DNA from: an uncultured Alphaproteobacteria bacterium | Lineage (GTDB): Bacteria > Pseudomonadota > Alphaproteobacteria > HIMB59 > GCA-002718135 | Reading direction: 5' to 3' | Assembly (NCBI GenBank): GCA_902521315.1 | Contig: CABYRH010000002.1 | Span: 20,076-84,075, forward strand | DNA length: 64,000 bases | Program-made: the position numbers and the translations under genes | The notes under the pieces: model-generated | The model's input: only the letters and a program-made list of their open reading frames with translations | Database searches by the model: none | Told to the model about the DNA's origin: nothing | Shown here: positions 19,693 to 29,571 of the stretch, in pieces | Numbering within the stretch: position 1 is the first letter of the stretch | Layout of the letters: each line of letters opens with the position of its first letter

Positions 19693-20952
19693 TTAATGTG
19701 CTACGGCAGCTGCACCATGTTCATCAACTAATTCACCACTAGAAAATCTATTTATTGTAAAAGGAGCATTTAATTCATGTGCTTGATCATTAGCTATAGT
19801 GTGAGCAAATACCCAACCTGAACCTGGTGTTGCTTTAAAACCACCAGTTCCCCAACCACAATTAAAATATAATCCATTTATGTGCGTCTTACTGATAATA
19901 GGGCTTGCATCAGGACAAATATCTACAATTCCTCCCCAATGACGAAGCATTTTCATTCTAGAAAATATTGGAAACAATTCAACTATTGCCATTAATGTAT
20001 CTTCAACAATGTTAAAGCCACCTCTTTGAGTATATGAAGTGTATCCATCTGTTCCAGCACCAATAACTAGTTCTCCCTTATCTGACTGAGATACATACGC
20101 ATGAATTGTATTGGACATTACTACAGTATCAATGACTGGTTTTACTGGTTCTGAAACTAGTGCTTGTAATGGTTTACTCTCCAAAGGTAATTTGATACCC
20201 GCCATATTGGCAATAACACTGGTATGCCCTGCAGCAGCTATTCCAATTTTATTTGAATTAATGGTTCCTTTTGTTGTTTCAATACCAGTTACATTTCCAT
20301 TTTTTACATTAATACCAGTTACTTCACAATTTTGAATTATATCAACTCCCATTTCATCAGCTCCTCTTGCATAACCCCATGCAACAGCATCATGTCTTGC
20401 AGTTCCTGCTCTTCTTTGCAGCGTTGCTCCTAAAACAGGGTATCTAATGTTTGGTGAAGTATTTATTATTGGACAAAATTCTTTAACTTTCTTTGTATCA
20501 AGCCATTCACAATCAATATCATTTAGTCTGTTTGCATGCCATCGTCTTTTTAATTCTCTTACATCATGAAGATTATGAGCAACATTCAAAACCCCTCTTT
20601 GAGAAAACATTACGTTGTAATTTAATTCTTGAGACATACCTTCCCAAAGTTTTAATGCATGCTCGTATAAAGCTGCACTTTGATCCCATAAATAATTTGA
20701 TCTAATTATAGTGGTATTTCGTCCTGTATTCCCACCGCCTATCCAACCTTTTTCAATTACTGCAATATTATTAACTCCATGGTTTTTTGCTAGATAGTAA
20801 GCAGTAGTTAAACCGTGTCCACCACCACCGACAATTATTGCATCATAACTTTTTTTTGGCTCAGGACTATTCCACGTCTTTTGCCAATTCTCATGATGAT
20901 TTAAAGCATTTCTAGCAATAGATAGAAATGAGTATTTATTTTTATTAAACAT
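19693..20952 (-). CDS. soxB: sarcosine oxidase beta subunit
   Basis: 419 aa. FAD motif [19 protein letters not shown] and covalent-FMN histidine region [15 protein letters not shown]. Confidence 0.92.
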   Translation of the reverse strand: MFNKNKYSFLSIARNALNHHENWQKTWNSPEPKKSYDAIIVGGGGHGLTTAYYLAKNHGVNNIAVIEKGWIGGGNTGRNTTIIRSNYLWDQSAALYEHALKLWEGMSQELNYNVMFSQRGVLNVAHNLHDVRELKRRWHANRLNDIDCEWLDTKKVKEFCPIINTSPNIRYPVLGATLQRRAGTARHDAVAWGYARGADEMGVDIIQNCEVTGINVKNGNVTGIETTKGTINSNKIGIAAAGHTSVIANMAGIKLPLESKPLQALVSEPVKPVIDTVVMSNTIHAYVSQSDKGELVIGAGTDGYTSYTQRGGFNIVEDTLMAIVELFPIFSRMKMLRHWGGIVDICPDASPIISKTHINGLYFNCGWGTGGFKATPGSGWVFAHTIANDQAHELNAPFTINRFSSGELVDEHGAAAVAH

Positions 20953-20972
20953 TATAACTCTTTATAGCAGTT

Positions 20973-22646
20973 TTAAAAAAGACCTTCAATTTCTCCATGG
21001 TCATTTAGCTTTATCGAATTTGCCGCAGGAACACTTGGTAGACCCGGCATGGTCATAATATCTCCGCAAACAACCACTATAAATTCTGCTCCTGATGACA
21101 ATCTTACCTCTCTAATAGGTAAAACGTGGCCAGTAGGAGCACCTTTTAAATTAGGGTCAGTTGAAAAACTATATTGAGTCTTTGCAATGCAAACAGGTAA
21201 TTTGCCAAATCCTTTAGTTTCAAAATCCTTCAATTGTTGACGTACTTTCGTGTCTGCCACAACTTCACTTGCGTGATAAATCTCTTGTGCAATTTTTTCT
21301 ATTTTTTTGAATAGAGTTAAGTCATCTTCATATAAAAATTTAAATGTATTCTTATTATCTTCACAAATATCTATTACATTTTGAGCTAATTCAGTTGCAC
21401 CGTCACCACCATCGGACCAGTGAGTACACATAGAAGCCTTGACTCCTTGAGTTGTACAAAAATTTAGAACGGCATCAACTTCAGCTTTAGAATCAGTGAC
21501 AAAATGATTAATAGCAACAGTTACTGGTAATCCAAATTTTCTAATGTTATTAATATGTCTTTCTAGATTTACTAAACCTTTTTTAAGAGCATTAACATTT
21601 TCATTTTTTAAATCTTCTTTTGAAACATCTCCATGCATTTTTAGTGCTCTAATTGTAGCTACCAAAACCACACAATCAGGTTTTAAATTTGATTTTCTAC
21701 ATTTTATATCAAGGAATTTTTCTGCTCCTAGATCAGCTCCAAAACCTGCTTCAGTTACAACGTAATCACTTAATTTTAAACTAGCTTTAGTTGCAATTAC
21801 AGAATTGCAACCATGAGCAATATTTGCAAATGGCCCACCATGAATTATAGCAGGATTATTTTCTAACGTTTGTGTTATGTTGGGCCTAATGGCATCTTTT
21901 AATAATACTGTCATTGGACCTTCTGCCTTTAAATCTTTTGCATAAATAGATTTTTTGTCTCGTGTATAAGCAATAGTTATATTTCCAATTCTCTCTTCAA
22001 GATCTTTTAAATCTTTTGCTAAGCAGAAAATTGCCATTATTTCCGATGCAACAGTAATATCAAAACCATCTTGTCTAGGATATCCATTTGCAACTCCTCC
22101 TAAATCAACAACAATAGATCTAAGTGATCTATCATTCATATCCATTACTCTCTTCCAAACAACCCTTCTAACATCAATATTTAATTTATTTCCCCAGTAG
22201 ATATGATTATCAATCAATGCAGAAAGTAAATTATGAGCGGATGTAATTGCATGAAAATCTCCAGTAAAATGTAAATTAATTTGCTCCATTGGTACTACTT
22301 GAGCATAGCCTCCACCAGCTGCACCACCTTTCATACCGAATGATGGTCCAAGACTCGGCTCTCTTAAACAAACTATTGATTTCTTTCCTAGCTTATTAAG
22401 ACCATCACTTAATCCAACTGAAGTTGTTGTTTTACCTTCTCCTGCTGGTGTTGGAGTTATTGCTGAGACTAGAACAAGTTTACCATCTTTATTTTTATTA
22501 AGTGACTCTATATACTCCAAGTTTATTTTTGCTATATGACGACCCATAGGACTGAAGGCTTCAGGTGTGTCTGGTACATCAAGCCCTTTTAGAATTTCAC
22601 TAATAGGCTTCATTTTAGCTTTTCTTGCTATTTCAATATCTGACAT
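20973..22646 (-). CDS. fhs: formate-tetrahydrofolate ligase
   Basis: 557 aa. [16 protein letters not shown]-loop and overall FTHFS pattern ([14 protein letters not shown]). GGAG lies 4 nt upstream of the ATG. Confidence 0.95.
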   Translation of the reverse strand: MSDIEIARKAKMKPISEILKGLDVPDTPEAFSPMGRHIAKINLEYIESLNKNKDGKLVLVSAITPTPAGEGKTTTSVGLSDGLNKLGKKSIVCLREPSLGPSFGMKGGAAGGGYAQVVPMEQINLHFTGDFHAITSAHNLLSALIDNHIYWGNKLNIDVRRVVWKRVMDMNDRSLRSIVVDLGGVANGYPRQDGFDITVASEIMAIFCLAKDLKDLEERIGNITIAYTRDKKSIYAKDLKAEGPMTVLLKDAIRPNITQTLENNPAIIHGGPFANIAHGCNSVIATKASLKLSDYVVTEAGFGADLGAEKFLDIKCRKSNLKPDCVVLVATIRALKMHGDVSKEDLKNENVNALKKGLVNLERHINNIRKFGLPVTVAINHFVTDSKAEVDAVLNFCTTQGVKASMCTHWSDGGDGATELAQNVIDICEDNKNTFKFLYEDDLTLFKKIEKIAQEIYHASEVVADTKVRQQLKDFETKGFGKLPVCIAKTQYSFSTDPNLKGAPTGHVLPIREVRLSSGAEFIVVVCGDIMTMPGLPSVPAANSIKLNDHGEIEGLF

Positions 22647-22739
22647 GAGACTCCTTAATTATTAGATTCTTAATCTATAAATTAACTTAAATATCAAACA
22701 ACTTTTGTTTCATTAAAAGATAAAAAAATTGTGAAGAAG

Positions 22740-23633
22740 CTAATTTAACTCGAATTTCTGTTTATTATTATAAGAAAAATCTGAGTTATTAAATTGATTT
22801 AACCACTCTGATGTTTTTTTCATACCACCAAACGCATAGAAGTGTATTTTTTCAAGTTTAGAGTCTTTGTTTATTTCGCTATGTTCAGCAAGATCATAAA
22901 TTAATTTGTCAGGAGTGCTCAATGTTGCAAGTTTAGTTAAGTTAAAAGCCTGTTTTGTAATAAATCTTAAAGAATTTCCAATACCGCAAGACCTTGCATA
23001 ATTAACTAATGTTTTAATAGAGGCAGGACCTGGTATCCCAGCGTGGATTGGTAATTTATTTCCAATTTTTTCTAAATGTTTTTCCCAGTCGATTAAAGAT
23101 TTAGCTTCAAAAAAAAATTGTGTTGCTAAATACATTTTAAAATCAACATTTTTTGCAAAATCATTCTTCTGTTTAATTGCTAAATCTAAATTTTCATTTG
23201 AAATATCTGGGCTTCCTTCGGGATGTCCAGCCACACCTACAAATTGATAATTATATTTTGAAAGAAAATCTGTTTTTAAAACATCAATTGAGGAAGAGAT
23301 TTCGCCAGCTTGATTTCCACCACCACCAATAATTAACATTTTTGAACACCCAGATTCATTTGCAAGTTCGCCAATATATTTTTCTAAGTCATTTTTATTT
23401 ACAATAGTTCTCGCAGGTAAATGAGGTATAACATCATAACCTTCTATTTTTAATTTTTTTGCCGTTCTAATAACATTTTTTGAATTTTCATCTGGTAAAT
23501 AAGTTATATAAACGTCATGATTTTTATTAAGAAATTCAGAAAAGCCTCCATATTTTTCGTAAACATTTGGAGTTGTTTCTATAGAATAACTATTGAGAAA
23601 ATTTTTAACAATATTAATGGTTTCTTTAGACAT
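22740..23633 (-). CDS. metF: methylenetetrahydrofolate reductase-like protein (divergent MetF family)
   Basis: 297 aa. The architecture aligns by eye with MTHFR: YSIETTP vs FSFEFFPP, VYITYLP vs VSVTYGA, IPHLPARTI vs APHLTCIDA, MLIIGGG vs IVALRGD. The canonical motifs are degenerate. Confidence 0.65.
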   Translation of the reverse strand: MSKETINIVKNFLNSYSIETTPNVYEKYGGFSEFLNKNHDVYITYLPDENSKNVIRTAKKLKIEGYDVIPHLPARTIVNKNDLEKYIGELANESGCSKMLIIGGGGNQAGEISSSIDVLKTDFLSKYNYQFVGVAGHPEGSPDISNENLDLAIKQKNDFAKNVDFKMYLATQFFFEAKSLIDWEKHLEKIGNKLPIHAGIPGPASIKTLVNYARSCGIGNSLRFITKQAFNLTKLATLSTPDKLIYDLAEHSEINKDSKLEKIHFYAFGGMKKTSEWLNQFNNSDFSYNNKQKFELN

Positions 23634-23668
23634 AAATTTTTAAAGTTTTTTTTATATTAATTAGATAA

Positions 23669-24604
23669 ATGAACAACAAGTACTTTACTATAATTACTTT
23701 TTATCAATTCAAAATAATTAAAAATAAAAATGATATCATTACTAAACTTAAAGATTTTTGCAAATTTAATAAAATAAAAGGTACAATATTGATTGCTGAT
23801 GAAGGCATTAATGGAACAATAGCTGGCTTAGAAAAAAACATAAATTCTTTCATTCTATATCTTAAAAATTTTAATTTTGAGAAACTTAATCTTAAACGAT
23901 CAAAATATAAATATATGCCTTTTCAAAAACTAAAAATTAGAAATAAAAATGAAATAGTCACACTCAGAACCAAATTTGCTGATCCTACAAAAATATCTGG
24001 AAAAAAAGTTAAATACAATGAATGGAATAAACTAATTAAAGACAAAGACACTATTGTGATTGATGTAAGAAATGAATTTGAGGTTAAAATAGGATCTTTT
24101 GAAGGGGCAATTAATCCAAAAACTAAAAGTTTCACTGACTTTAAATCTTTTGTTCAAAAAAAGCTAAATAAGTCAAAAGACAAAAAAATTGCAATGTTTT
24201 GCACTGGAGGTATCAGGTGTGAAAAGGCTTCATCATATATGATGATGAAGGGTTTTAAAAATGTTGCTCAGTTAGATGGAGGTATACTAAAGTATTTAGA
24301 AAAAACTCCAAAAAAAGATTCAATGTGGAATGGTGAATGTTTCGTATTTGATGGAAGAGTATCTTTGAAAAATGAATTAAAAGATGGAACTTACAAACTT
24401 TGTCATGCTTGTCGGATACCCATTAGTATTAAAGATACTTATAATAAATATTATGAACCAGGAGTATCTTGTCACAATTGTTTTGATGAAACATCTGAAG
24501 AAAAGAAAAATAACTTACTTGAAAGAAATAAACAAATTAAACTTGATAAAAAAAGAGGAAATTTTAACCGTTTTATTAAGCAGTCAATTTCTGATTATGA
24601 ATAA
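23669..24604 (+). CDS. trhO: rhodanese-domain protein, TrhO/YceA family (tRNA U34 hydroxylase)
   Basis: 311 aa. UPF0176 N-terminal domain (GTILIADEGINGTIAG), rhodanese active-site loop FCTGGIRCEKAS, and a C-terminal Cys cluster (CHACRIP...CHNCF). Confidence 0.85.
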   Translation: MNNKYFTIITFYQFKIIKNKNDIITKLKDFCKFNKIKGTILIADEGINGTIAGLEKNINSFILYLKNFNFEKLNLKRSKYKYMPFQKLKIRNKNEIVTLRTKFADPTKISGKKVKYNEWNKLIKDKDTIVIDVRNEFEVKIGSFEGAINPKTKSFTDFKSFVQKKLNKSKDKKIAMFCTGGIRCEKASSYMMMKGFKNVAQLDGGILKYLEKTPKKDSMWNGECFVFDGRVSLKNELKDGTYKLCHACRIPISIKDTYNKYYEPGVSCHNCFDETSEEKKNNLLERNKQIKLDKKRGNFNRFIKQSISDYE

Positions 24605-24645
24605 ATAATACTTTATTTCATATAATTATTCTGTATAGACACCTC

Positions 24646-24840
24646 ATGGCAAAAAAAACTTCATTCGCTCTTAAACAACTAGTACCTGAAGAAAATCCAA
24701 AAACAGGAACTAAGTATATTGTAAGAAAACCGACAAAAGGATTGAAAGTTGCTGAAAAGCTTCGAATGAAAAAATATGATCCTGTGTTAAAAAAACACGT
24801 CTGGTTCGTAGAGAAAAAAATGCCTCCTCATAGTAAATAA
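24646..24840 (+). CDS. rpmG: 50S ribosomal protein L33
   Basis: 64 aa and basic. KYIVRKPTKGLKVAEKLRMKKYDPVLKKHVWFVEKKM aligns with the alphaproteobacterial L33 core (FYVTKKN...LRKYDPVVRKHVEFKEGK). This is the Cys-less form, and it is slightly longer than usual. Confidence 0.85.
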   Translation: MAKKTSFALKQLVPEENPKTGTKYIVRKPTKGLKVAEKLRMKKYDPVLKKHVWFVEKKMPPHSK

Positions 24841-24886
24841 TAGAATTACCTCTTTAATTTATTCTAAATTAACATAATTTAAATTC

Positions 24887-26308
24887 ATGGTAGCCACTTA
24901 TGGAATTCATTGGTTCAGACAAGATTTGCGATTACAAGAAAATCCATCTTTATTATCACTTTCAAAAAAAGTTAATCAGATAATTCCAATTTATATTTTA
25001 GATTTAAATCAAAGAATTGGATCTACATCCAAATGGTGGTTAGAAAAATCCTTAATTAGTTTATATGACTCAATACAAAAACAAAATGGCAAACTAAATA
25101 TATTTGCTGGTGATCCAGAGAAAATTATATCTTCAATACTAAAGAATTCAAATGTTAAATATGTATCCTGGAATAGACTATATGATCCATATTCAATTAA
25201 AAGAGATACTAAAATTAAATCTATAGTTACCTCATCTAAAATAGAATGCGACTCTCACAATGGATATCTTTTAAATGAACCTTGGAATATTAAAAATAAA
25301 AGTGGAACCTTTTTTAAAGTATTTACCCCTTACTGGCGACATTGTGATGAGCTACTAAAACTAAAAGATATTAAATTTAAAAATACAAAAATAAGCTACG
25401 CCAATTCAAAATTTAAAAATGAAATAACTATACAAGATTTAAATCTAACAAACAAAAAAGAGCAATGGATCAAAAAAATTGAAAAATATTGGATACCTGG
25501 TGAAAGTAATGCAAAATTACAATTAAAAAAATATATTTCGCAAAAAGCAAATAACTATTCAGTTGGAAGAGATAGACCCGATAAAGATTTAACTTCAAAA
25601 TTATCACCTTATCTTCATTTTGGAGAAATTTCTGCTTTAGAAGTTTATAATACCGTAAATATTGAAAAAAAAATTGATCCTGAAAATAAAAAAAAATTTC
25701 TTGCTGAACTTGGCTGGAGAGATTTTTCTTATAATCTTTTATTTCATTATCCAGATATGACTCATAAACCTATACAAAGTAAATTTAATAAATTTCCATG
25801 GATTAAAAATGCTAAAAATTTATCATTATGGCATAATGGTAAAACTGGTATTCCAATTGTTGATGCTGGAATGAGACAACTATATAAAACAGGCTGGATG
25901 CATAATAGAGTAAGAATGATTGTAGGCTCGTTTTTAACAAAAAATTTATTGTTACACTGGAAAAATGGAGAAGAGTGGTTTTTTGATACTTTAGTTGATG
26001 CTGACGTTGGGTCTAATTCTGCAGGTTGGCAATGGATCTCTGGTTGTGGTGCTGATGCAAGTCCATATTTTAGAATTTTTAATCCAATATTGCAGGGTCA
26101 AAAATTTGATCCAGATGGTGATTATGTAAAAGAATTTGTTCCTGAGTTGAATAATATTCCAAAAAAATATATTCATAATCCTTGGGAGATGTCTATGGAG
26201 GATCAAAAGAAATATAATTTTGAGATTGGTACTTCATATCCAACACCAATTGTAGATTTAAAAGAAACAAGAAATAGAGCACTATCAGCGTTTAAAACTA
26301 TTAGTTGA
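24887..26308 (+). CDS. phrB: deoxyribodipyrimidine (CPD) photolyase
   Basis: 473 aa. WFRQDLRL start, WRDF, TGIPIVDAGMRQLYKTGWMHNRVRMIV, and DADVGSNSAGWQWISG FAD-binding signature. Confidence 0.92.
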   Translation: MVATYGIHWFRQDLRLQENPSLLSLSKKVNQIIPIYILDLNQRIGSTSKWWLEKSLISLYDSIQKQNGKLNIFAGDPEKIISSILKNSNVKYVSWNRLYDPYSIKRDTKIKSIVTSSKIECDSHNGYLLNEPWNIKNKSGTFFKVFTPYWRHCDELLKLKDIKFKNTKISYANSKFKNEITIQDLNLTNKKEQWIKKIEKYWIPGESNAKLQLKKYISQKANNYSVGRDRPDKDLTSKLSPYLHFGEISALEVYNTVNIEKKIDPENKKKFLAELGWRDFSYNLLFHYPDMTHKPIQSKFNKFPWIKNAKNLSLWHNGKTGIPIVDAGMRQLYKTGWMHNRVRMIVGSFLTKNLLLHWKNGEEWFFDTLVDADVGSNSAGWQWISGCGADASPYFRIFNPILQGQKFDPDGDYVKEFVPELNNIPKKYIHNPWEMSMEDQKKYNFEIGTSYPTPIVDLKETRNRALSAFKTIS

Positions 26309-26309
26309 T

Positions 26310-27605
26310 GTGAGAGAAAAAATAGCAATTATTGGTTCTGGTATCTCAGGAATAAGTGCAGCTTACCTTTTGTCTTCTAAATATGATGTTTATTTATTTG
26401 AAAAAAATAATAGATTGGGGGGACATACAAGAACTATCTATGTTGAAGAATCAACAAAGACAATCCCAGTTGATACAGGTTTTATTGTATTCAATGAAAA
26501 TAATTATCCAGATTTAACAAATTTTTTTAAATTACTTGATGTGAAATGTAAAAATTCAGATATGTCCTTTGCCGTCTCAAATCAAGATCCTCAAATTGAA
26601 TATAGTGGCAAAAATATATTTTCTCTTTTTGCTAATTTTAGAAATGTGTTTTCTTTTAATTTTTATAAAATGTTATTTGAAATAAGAAAACTTTATTTAT
26701 TATGTAATAGCTTGAATGTTAGTGATTTAGAGCAAACTAAAACCTTAAATGATTTTTTAAAAACTAATAATTTTTCAACATACCTAATAAATTATCATAT
26801 TTTACCTATGATATCATCTATATGGTCAAGCAATATAAGTGATGTAAAAAATTTTCCTCTCATAACATTCATTAATTTTTTTAAAAATCATGCTTTATTT
26901 AATTTAAAAAAAAGACCTCAATGGAAATATGTAGAAGGTGGTAGTAATGAATATATAAAAAAAATTATTAATAAAAATGTTTTTGAGTATGAAACAAATT
27001 TCAAAATTAAAAATATTATTAGAGAAAATAATAAAATTAAAATAAAAGATGAGAAAAATAATATATTAGAATTTCATAAGGTAATATTCGCAACCCATGC
27101 AAATCAAGTATTGGGTATTTTGGAAAGACCAACAGAAGAAGAAGTAAAAATATTTTCACAATTTAAATATTCAACTAATTCAGCAATACTTCACTCCGAT
27201 CACACTTTAATGCCTAAATCAAAAATTGCTTGGTCAAGTTGGAATTTTTTAAATAAGTCATCATCTTCTAAATTTACTTTAACTTATTGGATGAATTTGT
27301 TGCAAAAATTACCAACTAAACAAAATTATTTTGTAACTGTTAATCCACATAAAAAGCCTAAAAACATAATTAACGAAACATCATTTAATCATCCAATTTA
27401 TACTACCGATACTATTTTAGCTCAAAAAAATGTTATGGAAATTCAAGGAAAAAATAATACTTTTTTCTGTGGAGCTTACCTTGGATATGGTTTTCATGAA
27501 GACGGCATTCAATCATCTTCTTATATTTGTAAATTGTTAAATTGTGATTTACCTTGGAAGAGAGAGAAAAATTTTTATAATAGATTGCAAATAAATTTTA
27601 AATGA
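26310..27605 (+). CDS. NAD(P)/FAD-binding amine-oxidase-like oxidoreductase (COG2907-type)
   Basis: 431 aa with a GTG start 1 nt after the photolyase stop. Dinucleotide motif IAIIGSGISGISAAY...FEKNNRLGGH. Belongs to the family that accompanies DUF1365 and CFA-synthase-like genes. Confidence 0.75.
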   Translation: MREKIAIIGSGISGISAAYLLSSKYDVYLFEKNNRLGGHTRTIYVEESTKTIPVDTGFIVFNENNYPDLTNFFKLLDVKCKNSDMSFAVSNQDPQIEYSGKNIFSLFANFRNVFSFNFYKMLFEIRKLYLLCNSLNVSDLEQTKTLNDFLKTNNFSTYLINYHILPMISSIWSSNISDVKNFPLITFINFFKNHALFNLKKRPQWKYVEGGSNEYIKKIINKNVFEYETNFKIKNIIRENNKIKIKDEKNNILEFHKVIFATHANQVLGILERPTEEEVKIFSQFKYSTNSAILHSDHTLMPKSKIAWSSWNFLNKSSSSKFTLTYWMNLLQKLPTKQNYFVTVNPHKKPKNIINETSFNHPIYTTDTILAQKNVMEIQGKNNTFFCGAYLGYGFHEDGIQSSSYICKLLNCDLPWKREKNFYNRLQINFK

Positions 27606-28375
27606 TTTCTCAAATTCTATTATCTAGCATTATTCATAAAAGATTTATTCCATTTAAACACACATTGAAATATGAGTTACCAAGTCTTTTTATTAATTTG
27701 GATAATCTTGATCAATTAAGTAAAAACTATAAACTTTTTTCATTAAACTCTTTTAATCTTTTTTCTATTTATGAAAAAGATCATGGATATAGAGACAAAA
27801 GGTCAATAAAGACATTCGTTAAAGATTCTCTCTCTAAATTTAATATTAAATATAAAAATCTTAATATAATGATATTATGTTTTCCAAGAATTTTGGGATA
27901 TGTATTTGATCCCTTATCAATTATATATTGTTATGATGATAAAAAATTAATATCTATTTTCTATGAAGTCAAAAATACGACTAATGAACAACATACCTAT
28001 ATTTTTAAAGGAAATGTGAATTTTGAAGATTTTAAATTATCTCATGAATGTGCAAAGCAGTTTTATGTATCTCCATTCATAGAAATGGAGGCAAATTATA
28101 AATTTTTTAATCGAATGCAAAAAGATAAAATAAATATTAACATTGATCTTTATGATAAAAATAATAAAAAAGTTCTAACAGCTACTCAGCATGGCAAATT
28201 AATTGATTTTAACTCAAATAATATGTTTAAATTTTTATATTATAATCCACTTTTAGGCTTCAAGGTAATGGCTGGAATTCTTTATGAGGCTTTAAAAATA
28301 ATTTACAAAGGTGGTAAATATTATGCACGAAATAAGAAGCCAAATGATACAGTGAGTTTTGAAGGTAATTTTTAA
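27602..28375 (+). CDS. DUF1365 family protein
   Basis: 257 aa. Start IIHKRFIPFKHTLKYELPSLFINLD and LCFPRILGYVFDPLSIIYCY match my recollection of DUF1365. 4-nt overlap with the upstream gene. Confidence 0.7.
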   Translation: MISQILLSSIIHKRFIPFKHTLKYELPSLFINLDNLDQLSKNYKLFSLNSFNLFSIYEKDHGYRDKRSIKTFVKDSLSKFNIKYKNLNIMILCFPRILGYVFDPLSIIYCYDDKKLISIFYEVKNTTNEQHTYIFKGNVNFEDFKLSHECAKQFYVSPFIEMEANYKFFNRMQKDKININIDLYDKNNKKVLTATQHGKLIDFNSNNMFKFLYYNPLLGFKVMAGILYEALKIIYKGGKYYARNKKPNDTVSFEGNF

Positions 28376-29569
28376 ATGAATTTTTTTAAAACAAATTTTG
28401 ATAAAACTGTCGAAAAATTATTAGTAAACTTTTTATCTAAAATTCGATATGGAAAATTAACAGTTCAATTTCCAACTGACGAGGAGAGAGTTTTTGTCGG
28501 AAAAGAGGAGGATATATCTGCAAATATAAAAATTCATAATTATAATTTTTTAAATTTAATTTTTAAAAAAGGTTCTGTAGGTTTTGCAGAAGCCTATATG
28601 AATGGTTACTTTTCAAGCACCGATTTAACTAATTTATTACTACTTTCTCACAAAAATGAGAGTTATTTTTTACAAAGTATAAATACTAATCTTTTTTTTG
28701 CTACTTTTGCCAAATTAAAGCATTTTTTAAATAACAATTCAAAATCACAGAGTAAAAAAAATATTAAATATCATTATGATTTAGGAAATAATTTTTACGA
28801 AAAGTGGTTAGATAAAACCATGACCTATTCTTCTGCTCTTTTTGATAATAAGAATACTAATTTATCGGATGCACAATTTAACAAATATAGAAAAATTGCT
28901 GAAACTTTATCATTAGACTCAAATTCTAAAACTTTAGAAATTGGATGTGGATGGGGAGGTTTTTCATCATTTGTAGCTAAAAATTACAATTGTTCAGTTG
29001 ATGCTATAACTATTTCTAAGGAACAATACGAATATGCTTCTAAAAAAATTCAAAATGAAGGTTTGTCTGAAAAAGTATCAGTTATATTCAGAGATTATAG
29101 GGATATCAAAAAAAAATATTCAAATATTGTTTCAATTGAAATGTTTGAAGCAGTTGGGAAGAAATACTGGCATAATTACTTTGATACAATTCATAATTCT
29201 CTCAACGATGGCGGTATGGCTGCACTACAAGTCATAACGATTGATGAAAAAAAGGCTAAAGATTATCAAAACAGACCAGATTTTATTCAACAATATATTT
29301 TTCCAGGTGGAATGCTTCCAACTAAAAAACAATTTGAATATTCGGCAAAACAAGTTGGATTAAAATGTATTGAAAATCTAAGTTTCGGTGGTTCTTATGC
29401 AAAAACACTTAAAATGTGGAATAAACAATTTCAAAAATCTTGGAATGATTTATCTCAGTTTGGTTTTGATATTAAATTTAAAAGAATGTGGGAATTTTAT
29501 CTATCTTATTGTGAAACAGGTTTTGCAAATAGTTCAACTGATGTTTCTCATTTCTTAATTCAAAAATAG
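28376..29569 (+). CDS. cyclopropane-fatty-acyl-phospholipid synthase-like SAM-dependent methyltransferase
   Basis: 397 aa. HYDLGNNFYEKWLDKTMTYSSALF, SAM motif LEIGCGWGGF, SIEMFEAVG, and IFPGGMLP, characteristic of the CFA synthase / mycolic acid methyltransferase family. Confidence 0.88.
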   Translation: MNFFKTNFDKTVEKLLVNFLSKIRYGKLTVQFPTDEERVFVGKEEDISANIKIHNYNFLNLIFKKGSVGFAEAYMNGYFSSTDLTNLLLLSHKNESYFLQSINTNLFFATFAKLKHFLNNNSKSQSKKNIKYHYDLGNNFYEKWLDKTMTYSSALFDNKNTNLSDAQFNKYRKIAETLSLDSNSKTLEIGCGWGGFSSFVAKNYNCSVDAITISKEQYEYASKKIQNEGLSEKVSVIFRDYRDIKKKYSNIVSIEMFEAVGKKYWHNYFDTIHNSLNDGGMAALQVITIDEKKAKDYQNRPDFIQQYIFPGGMLPTKKQFEYSAKQVGLKCIENLSFGGSYAKTLKMWNKQFQKSWNDLSQFGFDIKFKRMWEFYLSYCETGFANSSTDVSHFLIQK

Positions 29570-29571
29570 AA

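Noticed and set aside
22647-22739. Two small AT-rich hairpins (AGATT-CTT-AATCT at 22664-22676; AAACAA-CTT-TTGTTT at 22696-22710) between the metF-like gene and fhs, as a possible attenuator or terminator.
   Set aside because: The stems are 5-6 bp and almost entirely A-T, with no clear U-tract on the transcribed (minus) strand. Such hairpins are expected by chance at this base composition.
24646-24840. The 64-aa basic ORF considered as a possible novel small protein.
   Set aside because: Its C-terminal two-thirds aligns well with ribosomal protein L33 (LRMKKYDPVLKKHVWFVEKK). It is an ordinary Cys-less L33 with a slightly longer N-terminus and tail.
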